DNA of 64,000 nucleotides from Phoronis australis (taxonomy: Eukaryota; Animalia; Phoronida): NCBI GenBank assembly GCA_002633005.1, contig NMRA01000424.1, positions 10,815 to 74,814 on the forward strand, written 5' to 3'. The translations under genes and the position numbers were made by a program. The notes under the pieces are model-generated. The model saw only the letters and a program-made list of their open reading frames with translations. It was not told the DNA's origin and made no database searches. Numbering within the stretch: position 1 is the first letter of the stretch; every line of letters starts with the position of its first letter. Below are positions 49,407-62,146 of this stretch, one piece after another.

Positions 49407-51940
49407 CTGTTAAACATGAATAGGCTCATGAAATTGTGAATATGCAAACGAAGTACAAATTTACAAACATCCCCAGGTCCTCTACCCGAGAATCAGTTAC
49501 CATTACTATCTCGCGAAAGTCTCGTTTTACGAGACTATTTTTATGTAAATGAGTATATGGTTATATTTCACGTTACCCTAATTAAACAAGGCACAGTTTA
49601 TTTCACTTTAAAATAACGATTGCGTAACATTTTGAATGGTTTTTATGTTCACATTCGTTTTAAGTGTATCGGTCGTGGTGTTTTCGTTAAAACAATTTAT
49701 GTACAAATTGTTTCTTTTCCTGATTATTCTTGTTCACACAGTTCTCCAGAAAGTCATTAGGTGCCGCTTGCTAAAAACTCAAATATTCATGGCTTTAAAT
49801 CAAAGCGAAACTATCACCGAACATTCCAGCAATTAAATGAGATCTCCCGTGCGTTGATATTTTCACGTTCATGCGTATAATGCAAAATTTATCTCCAGCA
49901 GCACATCGCAAGTGTTTTGAACTACGCAAGATACCGTGTGTTGAGTGGCATAAATTGTGATAAATCAGTATGATCAATCCAACGACTCACTTGAAGAGTG
50001 CCGTAACTCGGCCATTGACGGGCATAATTCCTCACTTGTGGATAAGATCAACTATATTTTCTATGGGTATTGAAATTCAATTCAGCTAATTCAGGTGGTG
50101 GGCTTTCATACTTGAGTATAAATCGAAAGATTCAGAGTCAGAATAAGCCTGCGTATTCAAGCATTAGGGCATAAATTCATGGGAATTCGCCTTTTTGTTT
50201 GGACATACATTCATGGACAAGCACCATTTGTCTGCCATTTTAAGAGAAATTTGCAGTATGCAGCAAAGACCGCAGTGAGAGTTATAAGGTGGCCTACAGG
50301 ACTGTAGTGTATCTTCTATTAATAAGACCTGCTATTGTTCTAGAACTAACGAGGTCGTTGTTATCGTTGCCGTTGTTATACATATATTAACTTGTTATTT
50401 TTAGATGTGGACTCCGTCGCCCCGCTCAAAAGTTCAACGGCCAACGTCAAACACGGGGAATTCGGTCTGCCGAAATCAAGAAGTGCATCGCTCTTTGAGG
50501 ACGACCGGCTAATCTTCGATGACCTGCAGTTCACCTGGCGTCACGCATATGAAAAACGTACAAATGACCTCTGACCTGTGGTGGATAAAGCGTAACCCCT
50601 GTCCAAGCGCCGCTACTTTTAAGTGGTGCTCAAAACCATCATTTACCTTGTTTTGACATTAGTGACTAGATTGTACGCATCCTTAAAATTCCCTTTGCAA
50701 GACGGCATATCACAACCCGTTCAATCGATATTCCAAAAACGAGAAAACGGACTTCAACTGAAAGTTTCTGAGTTCCACGGACTTGTGTGTGACGTATGAA
50801 CGTATCCAATGTCAGTGTATCATGCCTACTAACACGCGAGTTTCTTGTACAAACATGCGCCATAACCGCGCTTCTCCGATGTCCAGCGGGAAAGTGAAAA
50901 GAACCACAGCGCGGACAAATTCTAAGTTGTCACAACCACCACAAAAACAACTTCGCCATTCATTTTTGTACCATAAGCCACGGGAAAACAAAGAGCAACA
51001 TCCGGGGACTTTCACACAGAACACAATGGAGGATGACTGGTGTTGTGCTTGGTTGTCCCGATTTTACGTTGTGTGTTTCGACCAATACATGCTCGTAACT
51101 CGAGATCAGCTAATTAACATATCGTGAGATAGTGTTTGCGGGTGTTCTATTATGACAGCCGAGGTTGTTTTTGTATTTTGGATATGAAGTTGGTGATTTT
51201 AAATCGTTTTTATTTGCTGAATCTGTCCAAGTAGAAGCAGCATTCGATGATCTGCACTGATAGCTTTCTCGTCTTGAAGATGCTTGGAACGCGATAAACA
51301 GATCAAATTTCAATATTGAAAGTGGTTCTCTGCAAATGAAAAATAATTCAATCTGCTAACCGGGTATTTTTAGGGTTTGTTCGTAATTATTTTTAATATC
51401 AAAGCATTTTCTTTTAGTTTCAAATTTCAAAAGAAAAAAACTATGTGTCAACTGTTTGTCACTTCGTCGATTTTTCTCCCACAAGGCAAAACACGTCTCC
51501 TTATTTGGTAGGCAGGGACAAGTCATAGACGTCCCACATTTCCCTTATATGGTCTTAAGCCACTTCAAGCAACTGAATGTGCGCGCATGCATGAGAGGGA
51601 GATTGGAAACTCTGTGGTAACCACAGTTTTTCCTTCGCGCGTAAAGTTCAAAATCGCGAATTTTGTGATTTTTCTTGAAATTTCCTCATAGGGAAAAGCG
51701 AATTCCTCTGTACTAGACGTTGCCAGATGGTACTTTCGTCAGGGATTGTTTAAAAGATATTTTTGACGAGCTGTCGCGTCCCATGCCTCTTTAAGAATGT
51801 GTATCACCAAGAAAACTCGAAATTGCGCTTCCATAGCTCCATTCATCGTTGGCTTTCAGAGCTATTCCGATCCTGAGCTGTAAAAAAGAATTCAAAATTG
51901 CATTCAACTATATCGATAACCACAAGTTTTGAACGCTCAC

Positions 51941-52087
51941 CCTGTGGAGCCGGATATCCACACTTAGGCCATCCAAATGGATGTCCGTCGTGGTCAAGTA
52001 GTGTGTATTCCTGTTCTATGCCAAACCACGGGTGCGAGTCTTTAGCCTTTTCCATTGCCTCCAAACACGTTTTCCTGAAGTTGGTCT
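51941..52087 (-). CDS. GLUL: Glutamine synthetase II copy B, exon 3 (147 nt)
   Basis: [49 protein letters not shown]. Confidence 0.95.
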
Positions 52088-52615
52088 CTGTGGAAGAGAA
52101 TTAAGTCCATGTGGTGACGTACTCTTCGACGCTGAGCTATATCTGTAAACTACTCATCACTTAATAAAGCGATAATAACGCGCGTTCTCGCGGCAAAGAA
52201 GATAACTCTTTTTCGGCTATAAAAGTGGTCTCGAAATTTTTAATGGGCTTCTTGATAACCTCCGATATCAAAACCAATGTGATCACCACCATCATCACCA
52301 ACACCAAAACCCCAACCAACATCATCATCAGAGACTGAAAGCCCCCACTCCCACCCCCACACCCATAACTGCGGGTGTAACGTCACATACTGTTAAAACA
52401 GCTAAAAAAGCTAGCAATGCCAAATCAAATAATCTTGGCGACGACCGGCGAGTGGAACTGATGTCCAATTTAGTGNCTCCCCCCCCCCCCCCGCTTAGGC
52501 AGATCTTCCTATGTATTGCTGCTGGTGTAGTTTTTGTTGTTTTTACGGTTGTTGTTGTCACCGTTGTCTGTCACCAACATCCTCATCGTTGCCATCATGA
52601 TCATAGTCGTCTTAC

Positions 52616-52777
52616 CTGTTGGCTTGTGGTTGTATTTATACGTGTCACAGAGTAACAGTTTGTTGTTTCCTCTCCTGAAGGGATCCGCGAAAAGAGCCAC
52701 TGGGTAGAGATGAACATCAGAATTGGAACCTTCCGCTTGACCCGTGCTGGAACCGTCAAAATTCCAAATCGGACATT
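52616..52777 (-). CDS. GLUL: Glutamine synthetase II copy B, exon 2 (162 nt)
   Basis: [53 protein letters not shown]. Confidence 0.95.
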
Positions 52778-54116
52778 CTGAAATGAGCCGAATCACTACT
52801 CAAAGGATCCACTGCCTTTATAGATTGGCATTCCTGGAATACACACGTAGCAAAATGAACAAGAGGGTTGACGATACATCAGTTCTGATTCAGGTTTGTT
52901 GTCCGAACCAGATAATAGCCCTGAAGTGCGCTTCAAGGACCGTCTTTAACGGTCTCAGTATTTCTCCGGAGGAAGGTGTTTTCATACTCGTGTAAATTCT
53001 TTGGAATTCAATAGACCTTCGAATGAATGTGCATATGTAAAGAGGGTAACAGGATACTATGGAGATTTTCAAGCGTACATCCAGAATGCTGACTTTGTAG
53101 TACTAATAAAACACTTTGTCCTTACACTTGTTTCACATTCAGACGCAGACCTAGAAGATCCAGTTTTGATGTGCTGCTACTTACCCGTTGCATAGTTAAG
53201 CAAATGGATGGCAGCGCCATCTCTGGAATACAGTGCAGTTCTCTAAAAATTGTCTTATACATGTATCACATTTGGTTCACAATGACTATACGGGAATTCC
53301 CCGTTGTTCGGTGTCGTCATGGACTTAATATTGCGGCAGGCAGGCTCCGTCAACAAATGTAGTCGACGACATATGTGATAGGAACGTTATCACAAATGTG
53401 CTTATCGACAGTTTTACGGGAGTCAAACCTCTTGTGTAAATGTATAAAAATTAGTTTATCGTTGATATTTAGAGCCCGAAATTACTCATAGGACTTATGA
53501 CGCAAGAAAATTCCGTCAGCGGTGGGAGAAACACAGTTGTGATTTTTGGGTCAACTTATGTGGACCTGAATATGTTCATCAGTTATGAATGAAGAGTCCT
53601 TTGCATGCTTATGTTGTCGTATTTACGGTTGACCTAGCAGTGTCGCAATGCTTCCGAATAATTCGACGTCTTCACCAAACGCCATGGAAACACGCTTGCA
53701 ATGCCCAGCAAAAAGTAATAAACAGCTCGGTCATGTTTGACGTAACTGAATGCTTTCCCAATAATTTATTAGTGACTTGACGTGATCAAATATACGTCTG
53801 TAAGCTCATAAACAAGAAATACAAAAGGACATCTTGTTCGGCACTAGGTGCACATTACGAGAGCTTCACACCCGACTAGCGGTTCTTATTGATGATAACG
53901 ATACCGGATTTCATATCGGTTTTCGTCCAACTCGACTAAACAAAGTATTTGAATTCACATCTCCAACAGGCTTGAGTGATTTCATACTGGAAGAACAAAG
54001 CACCACGTTTGTTTTTTACACTAAATTAACTGCAATGGCAAAGAAACTCTTAAATTTCAAAAGTAACAATTATTGCACCTGTTTACCGCGTCAACGATTA
54101 CATCACTTCAACCTCA

Positions 54117-54593
54117 AGGGGGATCAACAATTGGGTGGGACTTCAATATGAGGCGGCTGGAGCGCAAAACCAAAGGGCCGGTGATCAAACGTGTTGTCCG
54201 GACTTCAAAACGCGGTGGCCTCACCCAAAAAATAGTTGGTTGGAACCAAACACGATGGAGGGTGCTATAACCAGTTGGCGAGTAATCAAACACGACGGCC
54301 AGACTTCCTCAGAGACTCACTTTGAAAGTCTCAAAAGATTCAAATAACATTTCTAATTTTCGTACCCGATTGTTTTGTACAACTGAAATCGGCGATTTGT
54401 TCGGCCATTGTGTTTGAGCACCGGCTATCCCGTTTTTTGAGTCCGGCAATCTGGTTTTGAGGTACCGGACATCTCGTTGTGAGGTCCGACCACCAAGTTA
54501 GAACACCAGCTATTGGGTTTTGCAGTCCAGCCAGCTGGTTTTGAAGTCCGGGCAAGTGGTTTTGAAGTCCGGCCAATTGTTGACCCCCGCCCC
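54117..54593. mobile_element. Foldback-type element with inverted arrays of ~21-bp subterminal repeats
   Basis: Left GGGGGATCAACAATTGG..GGACTTCAA vs right TTGAAGTCCGGCCAATTGTTGACCCCC; repeated GGTTTTGAAGTCCGG units. Confidence 0.65.
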
Positions 54594-54678
54594 TACCTAC
54601 TGCCTGCCCCTATTTTACTGAAAGTCGGAAAAACAGGGGTCACTCTGGTTTCAGATTTGATTCCAGCAAAGCCAATAC

Positions 54679-54824
54679 AATGGGCGCCATCACTGAAAAA
54701 AGTGGGGGGCTGTAGCCCCCCCATCCCCCTGTTGTGCACCGCCCATAGGCCGCCATGGGCGCCGGAGCACTGAAAAAGTGGGGCTATACCCCCCCCCCCA
54801 GCCCCCTATGGTGCGAAGCCCATG
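54679..54824. mobile_element. Tandem dimer of a ~70-bp mini-element inside one TSD
   Basis: Two ATGGGCGCC..CACTGAAAAAGTGGGG..GCCCAT units flanked by AATAC direct repeats. Confidence 0.65.
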
Positions 54825-55508
54825 AATACATCAGGGTGGTTTAACGACTAGAGTTGAGAAGCATTTACCTTATCTGTGTCAGTACTTGAGTTGAAGAGAA
54901 CATGATAGTGTGGAGGATACAGATAAAAGTTTAATAATCAATTTTTTGAGTCGCGTTCAGAGAATTGATGACGCTGAGCCCGTGCCTCGCGGAACTCGAC
55001 TGGTTACTGGGTGACAGATGGCGCCTCATTGTCTTCTACACCTGTACATGTACGTGTCGAACGTCGCAAAGATTGCATCAGATGGTGAGGACTACGCTGC
55101 ACGCGTATGCTCGGACAACGCGGTAACAGGACACCTTCACAACACTGTCTCCTCAAACCTTCAGCGACATCATGCTTGCTCGTATGTTGGAGGAATCCAC
55201 AGACCTATGAAAACAGTGCCCCCGACGTCCAGAATTACAACAGTAGACTACATCTTGATGTGTGCCAATTACGTCATTCTCCTCCTTCACATCGACGACA
55301 AGAGATCTGCTTGGAAAGACGTGTGATGACTATGTGCAGAATAGCCGCTGTCGACGGTTATGACAACCATGGTTGACAGGTAAGCAGTCGGATAGTCCTC
55401 CACTCCCATACTGCCAACCCAGTGACCAGTCGAGGTCCGCGAGATGCGGGCGCAACGTCATCGATTTTCTGAACGCGAGTCAAAAAATTGATTACACTTT
55501 TATCTTAC

Positions 55509-55680
55509 CTTTCGCATGGTCTGGTACGAAGTCGAGGGTTCTTGTCTTACAACGCAGGCCCTCTCCTGTCCCGTCAATCCAAATGTACTTTACTTGGACC
55601 TTTTTTTCAGGTTGGGGCAACGTCATGTAATGTTCGCGTACCCGTTTGTCTGTCTGCCCGGGGTAACTATTGCCCGCCAT
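55509..55680 (-). CDS. GLUL: Glutamine synthetase II copy B, coding exon 1 (172 nt)
   Basis: [49 protein letters not shown]; donor G|GTAAGA; acceptor AGs shortly upstream of the ATG. Confidence 0.95.
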
Positions 55681-55808
55681 TGAGATCTTGATTCTGAAAA
55701 TTCCTGGAAAATAAAAATGCTTCAGGTGAATGGGGTGTGAATTGCCAATTGATCAATTCAGAACCGTGGGTTCTGAGGTAGCTGAAAACAGAAAAAACCA
55801 TCCGAAAC

Positions 55809-55961
55809 CAGTGGCGGATTTAGAGGGGGCCATGCCCCCCCCCCCTAAAATTCTCCCAGATACATTTGTCAGTTCGGGGGTGCGAATGTCTGACGGGAAA
55901 AATCCTGGCTAATACTCTGCCCTGACCCCCCGCCCAACTCAAAATCCTGGATCCGCTTCTG
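55809..55961. mobile_element. ~150-bp MITE, 5-bp TSD family
   Basis: TIR CAGTGGCGGATTTAG / CTGGATCCGCTTCTG; perfect TSD GAAAC. Confidence 0.9.
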
Positions 55962-57101
55962 GAAACACGGCTGCCTAACAACACGTAAAAATTTAACGCG
56001 ACTTTGAAACCACTTTCCATATAGAAGCAAACTTTGAATTAGGCGACTTAACGCTGCGTCTCAACTTGTTCTTTCTCACATAAGAAATGATCTCCAGAGC
56101 CTGTTCCACGACAACGACTATAGACTGAAGTCTGAAGTTTGGTCTTATTCTCTCATTGAACAAAGCTTCTACTATTCATGTATAAACTAATCTCATCACA
56201 GACTAGAAATAATTAATAAAAATTGTCTCATCAACAGCTCCTTCACAGCCCAGACATCACCGCTAATTTGACTAAGGAAATTTTTTTGGGTCATTCCTTG
56301 TGTGGTGATGAGGTCAAGATAGGGGTGCAAACGCGTACAGATAGCTGATCGAAAATTTCCAACGATGTCAAAGCTAGTCATGACACAAAGTATTTATAAG
56401 GACTTTGACTTGTATCCTTGAAGGGGCGGTGTGCACAATGAACGTTTTGTCGTGTAGTGACTCACTGACTGCAACAGAACGTTGACACAACGTGAGCATT
56501 AAAGTACGGAAGACCATATTTGGAGAACATCAGATTGATAATTTGAAAAAACACGTATTGGCAATACTGGCTGCCATAGAAAATTCACGAATTGAGAACG
56601 AGGCCTTCTTAATATAGCCGGGACTTTTGGTAGCCTACAATTTGGGAACCAGTTGCAATTTGAATGTTTGGTGCACGGGACATTTCAGTGCGGTTTACGT
56701 TGACTAACACAGAATGAAAACTCCGATATCCGAAATCATTGGGGCGTTCCGTAGACGCAAGACACTTGCGAGTAAAGATTGTGCTCGACTGGATCGACGT
56801 GCTTCTCACGTTGTAAAGACATGGCGATATTTCTTGAAGATGTGCGTTATCTGTCTTTTCTCGCGATAAAGTCTGCTGCTCGATCTACAGAACGCCGTGT
56901 TGTGCAAAAATAACGACAGTGCAAATTAAAGTAACCGAACCGCAATCTGTCTGGCTGCATAGCACGTGTTTTAAAGCTTCATCGAATACATTTCTTTTTA
57001 CTCTGGGTGTATTGGACGATCTAGAGAGTCCTAGCAATGCTCTGGCAATACAAGCTACACTGTGACACATTAAAGGGGGCGGCACGTTGCCTAGTCGTCC
57101 C

Positions 57102-57734
57102 CTCGCTGGTCCCCTACGTGCCTCACTGAGCCAGCATGGTATCACGCAGTGGCACGCGCTTTAGCATTGGTTGATGTAACCTCAGCAGTCATTGGATAGC
57201 TTTACAACACCGTGAAAAAATGGCGGACTGTGAACGATTTTTAATCTTGTCATGCAAGTGGCGTCGCAGCAACTATTTCGTTTCTGCAGTGATGTTTAGC
57301 CGCGTGCTTGAAGCACATACTGTACATGTACATGCACAATAAACACATATCTGGCCGATTTAACCGGTGTGTTATTCATACTGTTTGAATACAGGACAGT
57401 ATCGTAAACAAAAGTCATCGCCAGTAGAAAGATGCATTACGAAAAAGCACAACCCCAATTTCTAGGATTCACATTTCCTGAACATAAATTTTAAGCACCG
57501 ATTTGTCTGTACATGTACATGTAGCAACAGATCTCATTTACATTTCAGTCCATCAGTCATGCCAGCATAGACTATGGAGTATCTATGATGCCAGATTGTT
57601 TGCGTAAAGCGCTACCTTTTGAGAATTCGACTAGCCAATCTGAAACGCCGGTGTAAAAAAATTTCCCTTGGAAAATTAAGTGATACCTGCGTGCTGGCTA
57701 CTGACCACCTAGCGGCACGCAGGGAACCAGTGAG
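57102..57734. mobile_element. Full inverted copy of the 19534-20120 element
   Basis: TIR CTCGCTGGTCCCCTACGTGCC / GGCACGCAGGGAACCAGTGAG; colinear reverse-complement match. Confidence 0.85.
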
Positions 57735-58824
57735 AAGAGTACCTAGCCTCGTTCCAACCTCCAACGCGTAGTTGGCTTCGAGCAAGCCTATACAGGCAAG
57801 TTCCTGACTGTATTGACTTCCTTGGCGGTGAAAAACAACGAGAGTGGACTAGCCTGATAGGTGTCGTTACGTTCGCATTTAAAAAGGCTGTAGAGAATAA
57901 AAAACACGGTCGTTTGTTATTTTGCGGTTATTCCGTAAATAATGGATTATTGTAAGTATCCTGACTGGAGTAAGTAGACAAATGTTCAGTCTGCAGGACA
58001 AGGTTTGTATCAGCGCTGTGCATTTAATGCAAACTACTACCTAAAAGAATGAGCTTATAAAAAATGATGCCGTTATTGACCCGACATCAACGATAAGTAC
58101 ATGTACAGTCGATAATGAAGGGGACCGCTCTGTGCCCTAGTTGGGACTCGGACTATGGTCCGAGTTTGAGAGGCCCAGCCGTAATTTATACTCGACCAAC
58201 CATTAGTCACAAGAGATCGCAGTCTCAATATACGACACACTGGTCACTCAAGTGCTGGGTATGCCTAAAGCGTCCGAAGCTCGACAAAATCAGGTGACCC
58301 GGCACAAAACTTAAAACGGCATTAAACACGTGCTTTTTTTACTAAACGATTCACATGAAAACTACTGACCGTTACGAAATTTATCGCAAATTGTTCCTGA
58401 TACAAAATAAATGCGACTTCTTGGCTTGGAAAGAACTGAGTCGTTATTTTTTAGAACAAGTTCGTAAATTTTTACGACACCTCATGACCCGAATTTTATT
58501 AGTTTGAGCTTGGTCTGAAAAAATAACAAATTGAAGTGCCAGGTCTCTCTGAGGCCAGATATGATCAATTCTAAACGGAATAAAGATTCTTAGATCAAAA
58601 CTTGTTTTTAACATAAAGCGCGGGTCAGTAGCGCTCACTTAATGTATATAGTATATTGCGTCACACCATATTTGGCTTTCTTTCCTGGCTCTCGTCCGTT
58701 TGCCGAGAACTGTATAGAATGAGGGAACTTGATAATTTTTTGTCACTTAAGAATTAAAGTTCATTATGTTTTGGACGTTATGGCTTGATCCACATAAGCA
58801 CATCGCGGAGATCACATGAAGACT

Positions 58825-60425
58825 TGTCACCCGCCGGGGAGAGGTGTCGCGTTAACCTGTGAGGAAGGTGAGAAACGACGCAGCGACGTCAGTGGTTCGT
58901 CTGCGGAGTGAATGCCGCTATATTGCGGTGCATCGTTCCCGCTTGTCCGAACTACGAAGCTGCGAAGAAAGCGGGTATATCGTTTTTTCCACTTCCTCGA
59001 GAGCCCGAAATGCTTAAGAAGTGGCTCGCGGTAGCGAAAAACGAAAGGTACGCTGTTAATAGCAAGTATGAAGCCGTGAAACAGTCTCCGTGTCTGAGGC
59101 CGGCATTTCGTCGACATTGATTTCTCTGACGAATTCCGGCTTATCAAAGAACTGTTCATACGTTCCGTTGCCTGTGCATGTTCACGGCGCCTCTCTAGTA
59201 TTTCTTGATCAGTGTATTCCGGTTCGAACTGATAGTCTGTGAAACCTAACGATCTGATCCCTGAAGTCTTCGTCGGATGAGCTCTCGACTAACTCGGGAT
59301 TGGCGCCGGGCGAGTTGCCATGTTTATTATTCTGCGTTCTGTTTCAAAATGAAATATTCTCACCCTAACCAATGCTTATATAAAACTGAAAAAAGTCTGT
59401 CTCATTAGATACAATTTGTAATGCCTTTGCAGTATTCGTGAGTACAAATGTTGAGAAGCCAACAATGAATGAACCACTGCGTTACCGGATTTTGATGTCC
59501 GGGCACCGAGGCCGCGTGAGCACATGCTAATTCAGTGTTTGCTGACAGAAAGCTGCTGTGAAACAATAAGTCGATTTTATATGCTATGGTCACATGTTAG
59601 GGGAATCCTTATTTATAAATACAAATACATTATTCAAATAATTGTTATTGTACAACCTTTGCCCCGACGGTTTGTGGAAGGGGAACCCGACTTCGCGGCC
59701 CCCGACAAGTAAGTAGATTTTCAGTTTCGTGGCTAATTCACATAAATAATTACGTGCACATTATTTCTTTGGGTCACTAGTCTTTTCGTGACTGGAGGTT
59801 TAGTTTCCAACTCAAGCTGGTTTATGTTCGTGCCAGTCCCGGCGGCTGCGACGGGCCTGATTGGGTTCCGAGCCACTGGCCGGGATAACGAGTTAGTCTG
59901 GCCGCGACGGGCCTGATCGGGTTCCGAGCCACTGGCCGGGATAACAAGCGTTTGGAACTCAAAAACTCACAAGTCTAACAACACAGATCTAGGTTCTCCT
60001 GTCTGTATTTCAAGGAAGAATACTTCGAATTTATCACCGAACAGGCCCAAACTCCTGCTACGGACCTTGGTAAATTGGCCTACCGAATTTTGTAGGCTAC
60101 GGTGTGTCCAAATACCAATAAATTCGTAACAGCAAAATAAAACAACACGTTTTTATAATAACTCGGTGTATTTTTAAGGGTTTTACATCGAAGTTTGATG
60201 GTTTATTGGTATTAAACGATGAATTCAAGCGATAAGCTGACACCAGTAACCCGTGTTGTGAACTGCTGAACAGACTGCGTGTGAAACCAATGACGTCATT
60301 GAATAATTTCAACACCTCCGTCAGCCGTCAGGTGTCAGGAATCGCAACCGAACGTGCCGTTATCGATTAGAACTGCTCCATCTAAATTGATACAAAATAG
60401 TTTGTTTTTTGGGTGACATTCTTCT
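58825..60425. mobile_element. Second Kolobok-like copy (inverted) with THAP pseudo-ORF and ~600-bp nested insertion
   Basis: Right end GGGTGACATTCTTCT|TTAA; reverse-complement homology to 45519-46430; insertion 59501-60104 between TGTCC repeats. Confidence 0.85.
58926..59124 (+). pseudogene. THAP zinc-finger remnant of a transposase
   Basis: RCIVPAC..GISFFPLPREPEMLKKW..; after a frameshift RV*GRHFVDIDF (THAP C-x4-C..W..C-x2-H-F pattern). Confidence 0.8.
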
Positions 60426-62103
60426 TTAACCCTAACACTGACACTGCAGCCTAGTCCCCAAGCCACAAGATGGCGCTGATCGGCTTAGCCATTTGAGGCT
60501 TTCCGAGGAGACATTGCACTTTTTTGGTCACTTTTAGCATTTCAGTATTTCCTGTTGAACGTAGCAATGTTAAGAGACATCGCTTTGTTGAAATTTCTTC
60601 ATACTTGAGAAACCCCGAGAGTACTTTCTGTCAGTTATGCCTTTTTTCAAGTGCCGTGAGACAGGATGGAAACAGGTTTCACTGACTCAGACTAGTGATA
60701 ACGTCAAAATCAGCCATTTGAACTGCGGTAAACAATCGAAATATCGACATTAGCTTAGGTGCTTAACTTGGCGAGCCTGGGAATCAAGGTGTGTGTGGGG
60801 GGCTCTTAACCGTACATGGGTGCTTAATCGCTGAGATAGCCAGCCAGTACCTACCTGTACGAATGCTTCATGTAAGCTTTGCACCAATGGTAGCAAACGT
60901 TGAACCTCATGACCTTTGACATTGAAGTGCACCGACCGAAGTTCAAAGGATTTGCTCTCACTGTAAGGCTGGTTAGCACTCCCTAACCCAACGCGTGTAT
61001 TTGAGTAGCTAAATACGCCATTTGGTGAAAATACACGTTCAAAAATGTCCGCAGAATTCTAGGACTGATTTGCCATGCAAATGTCATCAAAGTCGTTAAG
61101 ATGAAAACAAGATAAATGTGTACGCAGACTTCCTCCATGTGTTCACACTGTTCAAATTTAGACAACTCGAAAGATTGGAAAACGCCATGTCCTGACAAAA
61201 AATTCCTATCGGCATTGTGTGCCCCTGCCGAATGACGTACTGATGTTTGAAAATGATGCAGTGCAATTTTCTCCACTCTTATGTCTAAAATTAGTTACGT
61301 ATTCTATAATAAGTTTTGCATCAAAAAAGCCTCAAAATACTCGGAATTCCATTATTGTTTGATTGAGTTTGCTCCCTTGGCACTGCAGAATAGGAACTAC
61401 ACATGGATATACCACGACCACATCACATTTTAATCTTCAGATGTGAATAAGTCCGTGATTTTGCTCTTAAACTGCGATAAAAAAGGTTCTTTTTGAAAAA
61501 CATTTTTTGTGGCGTACTTTAATGAGACCTGACAAGTGTTAATTTGTAAAACGCAGCGATTTTTAATGCACTGCAGAAGATCCCAAGAACACGATATCCC
61601 CGGCCACCACTGGCACTGGCGACGACCGTCGGGAGACTCAAAATTCCGAGTGAAACGGTAGAAAATATTTATTTAAAAAGTTACAAATACGAGCGAAAAA
61701 ATGGTTCGCTCGCATTTAAGATGTGACCTTTGGGGGCGTGAGAAACGAAGGTTGAAAGAGCATATATAAATGTCTTACCAGGTAAAGTTCCCGTATAATG
61801 TCCTCTTCTCTGGCACAGCTGTCCTTTCTACTGGTTTACGGGACATCGCGCTCTCGTATTTATATCAATGTGTATATATACTGTATGTGTGTCACGCCAG
61901 GACACGCTGGTTCAATGTCCTCACATATTCACAAAACGCGATCAGGGCTTCTGTATAAAACAACAGCTGATAACTTTATTCTCATTTACGTGCCATGCGT
62001 CAACACATAAGTTCGTCAGTCGAAGCAAATTGCATGTTAATACTGATTTTAATGTTTGCTAGTGCTGTTAATGGCTCAAAACTTGCCACTTTAGAAAACT
62101 TAC

Positions 62104-62146
62104 CTGTTTTATCGCGAGTTGAATGTTGCCCGTCTTCGCTGACTGA
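62104..62146 (-). promoter_or_regulatory. Candidate core promoter and 5' non-coding exon of GS copy B
   Basis: Minus strand: AAATAAA ~25-30 nt upstream of Inr-like TCAGTC (62146-62141), then consensus donor CAG|GTAAGT at 62103. Confidence 0.45.

Noticed and set aside
52284-52610. Low-complexity ORFs rich in Thr/His/Val
   Set aside because: Degenerate (ACC/ATC)n and (GTT)n microsatellites and a poly-C run in GS-B intron 2.
31305-55680. GS pair as an assembly artefact or horizontal transfer
   Set aside because: The copies differ at many amino-acid and synonymous sites and have dissimilar introns; the proteins are eukaryotic GSII with spliceosomal introns at conserved animal positions.
37501-59945. 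CRISPR-like reading of the short direct repeats (37501-37563, 54400-54575, 59844-59945)
   Set aside because: No regular unique spacers and no cas genes, in an intron-containing eukaryotic context; these are minisatellites or TE subterminal repeats.
45622-60315. Duplicated ORF MLKL(S/F)NDVIGFTRSLFSSSQHGLL (45622..45837 +, 60097..60315 -)
   Set aside because: Similarity comes from the shared non-coding terminus of the Kolobok-like element.
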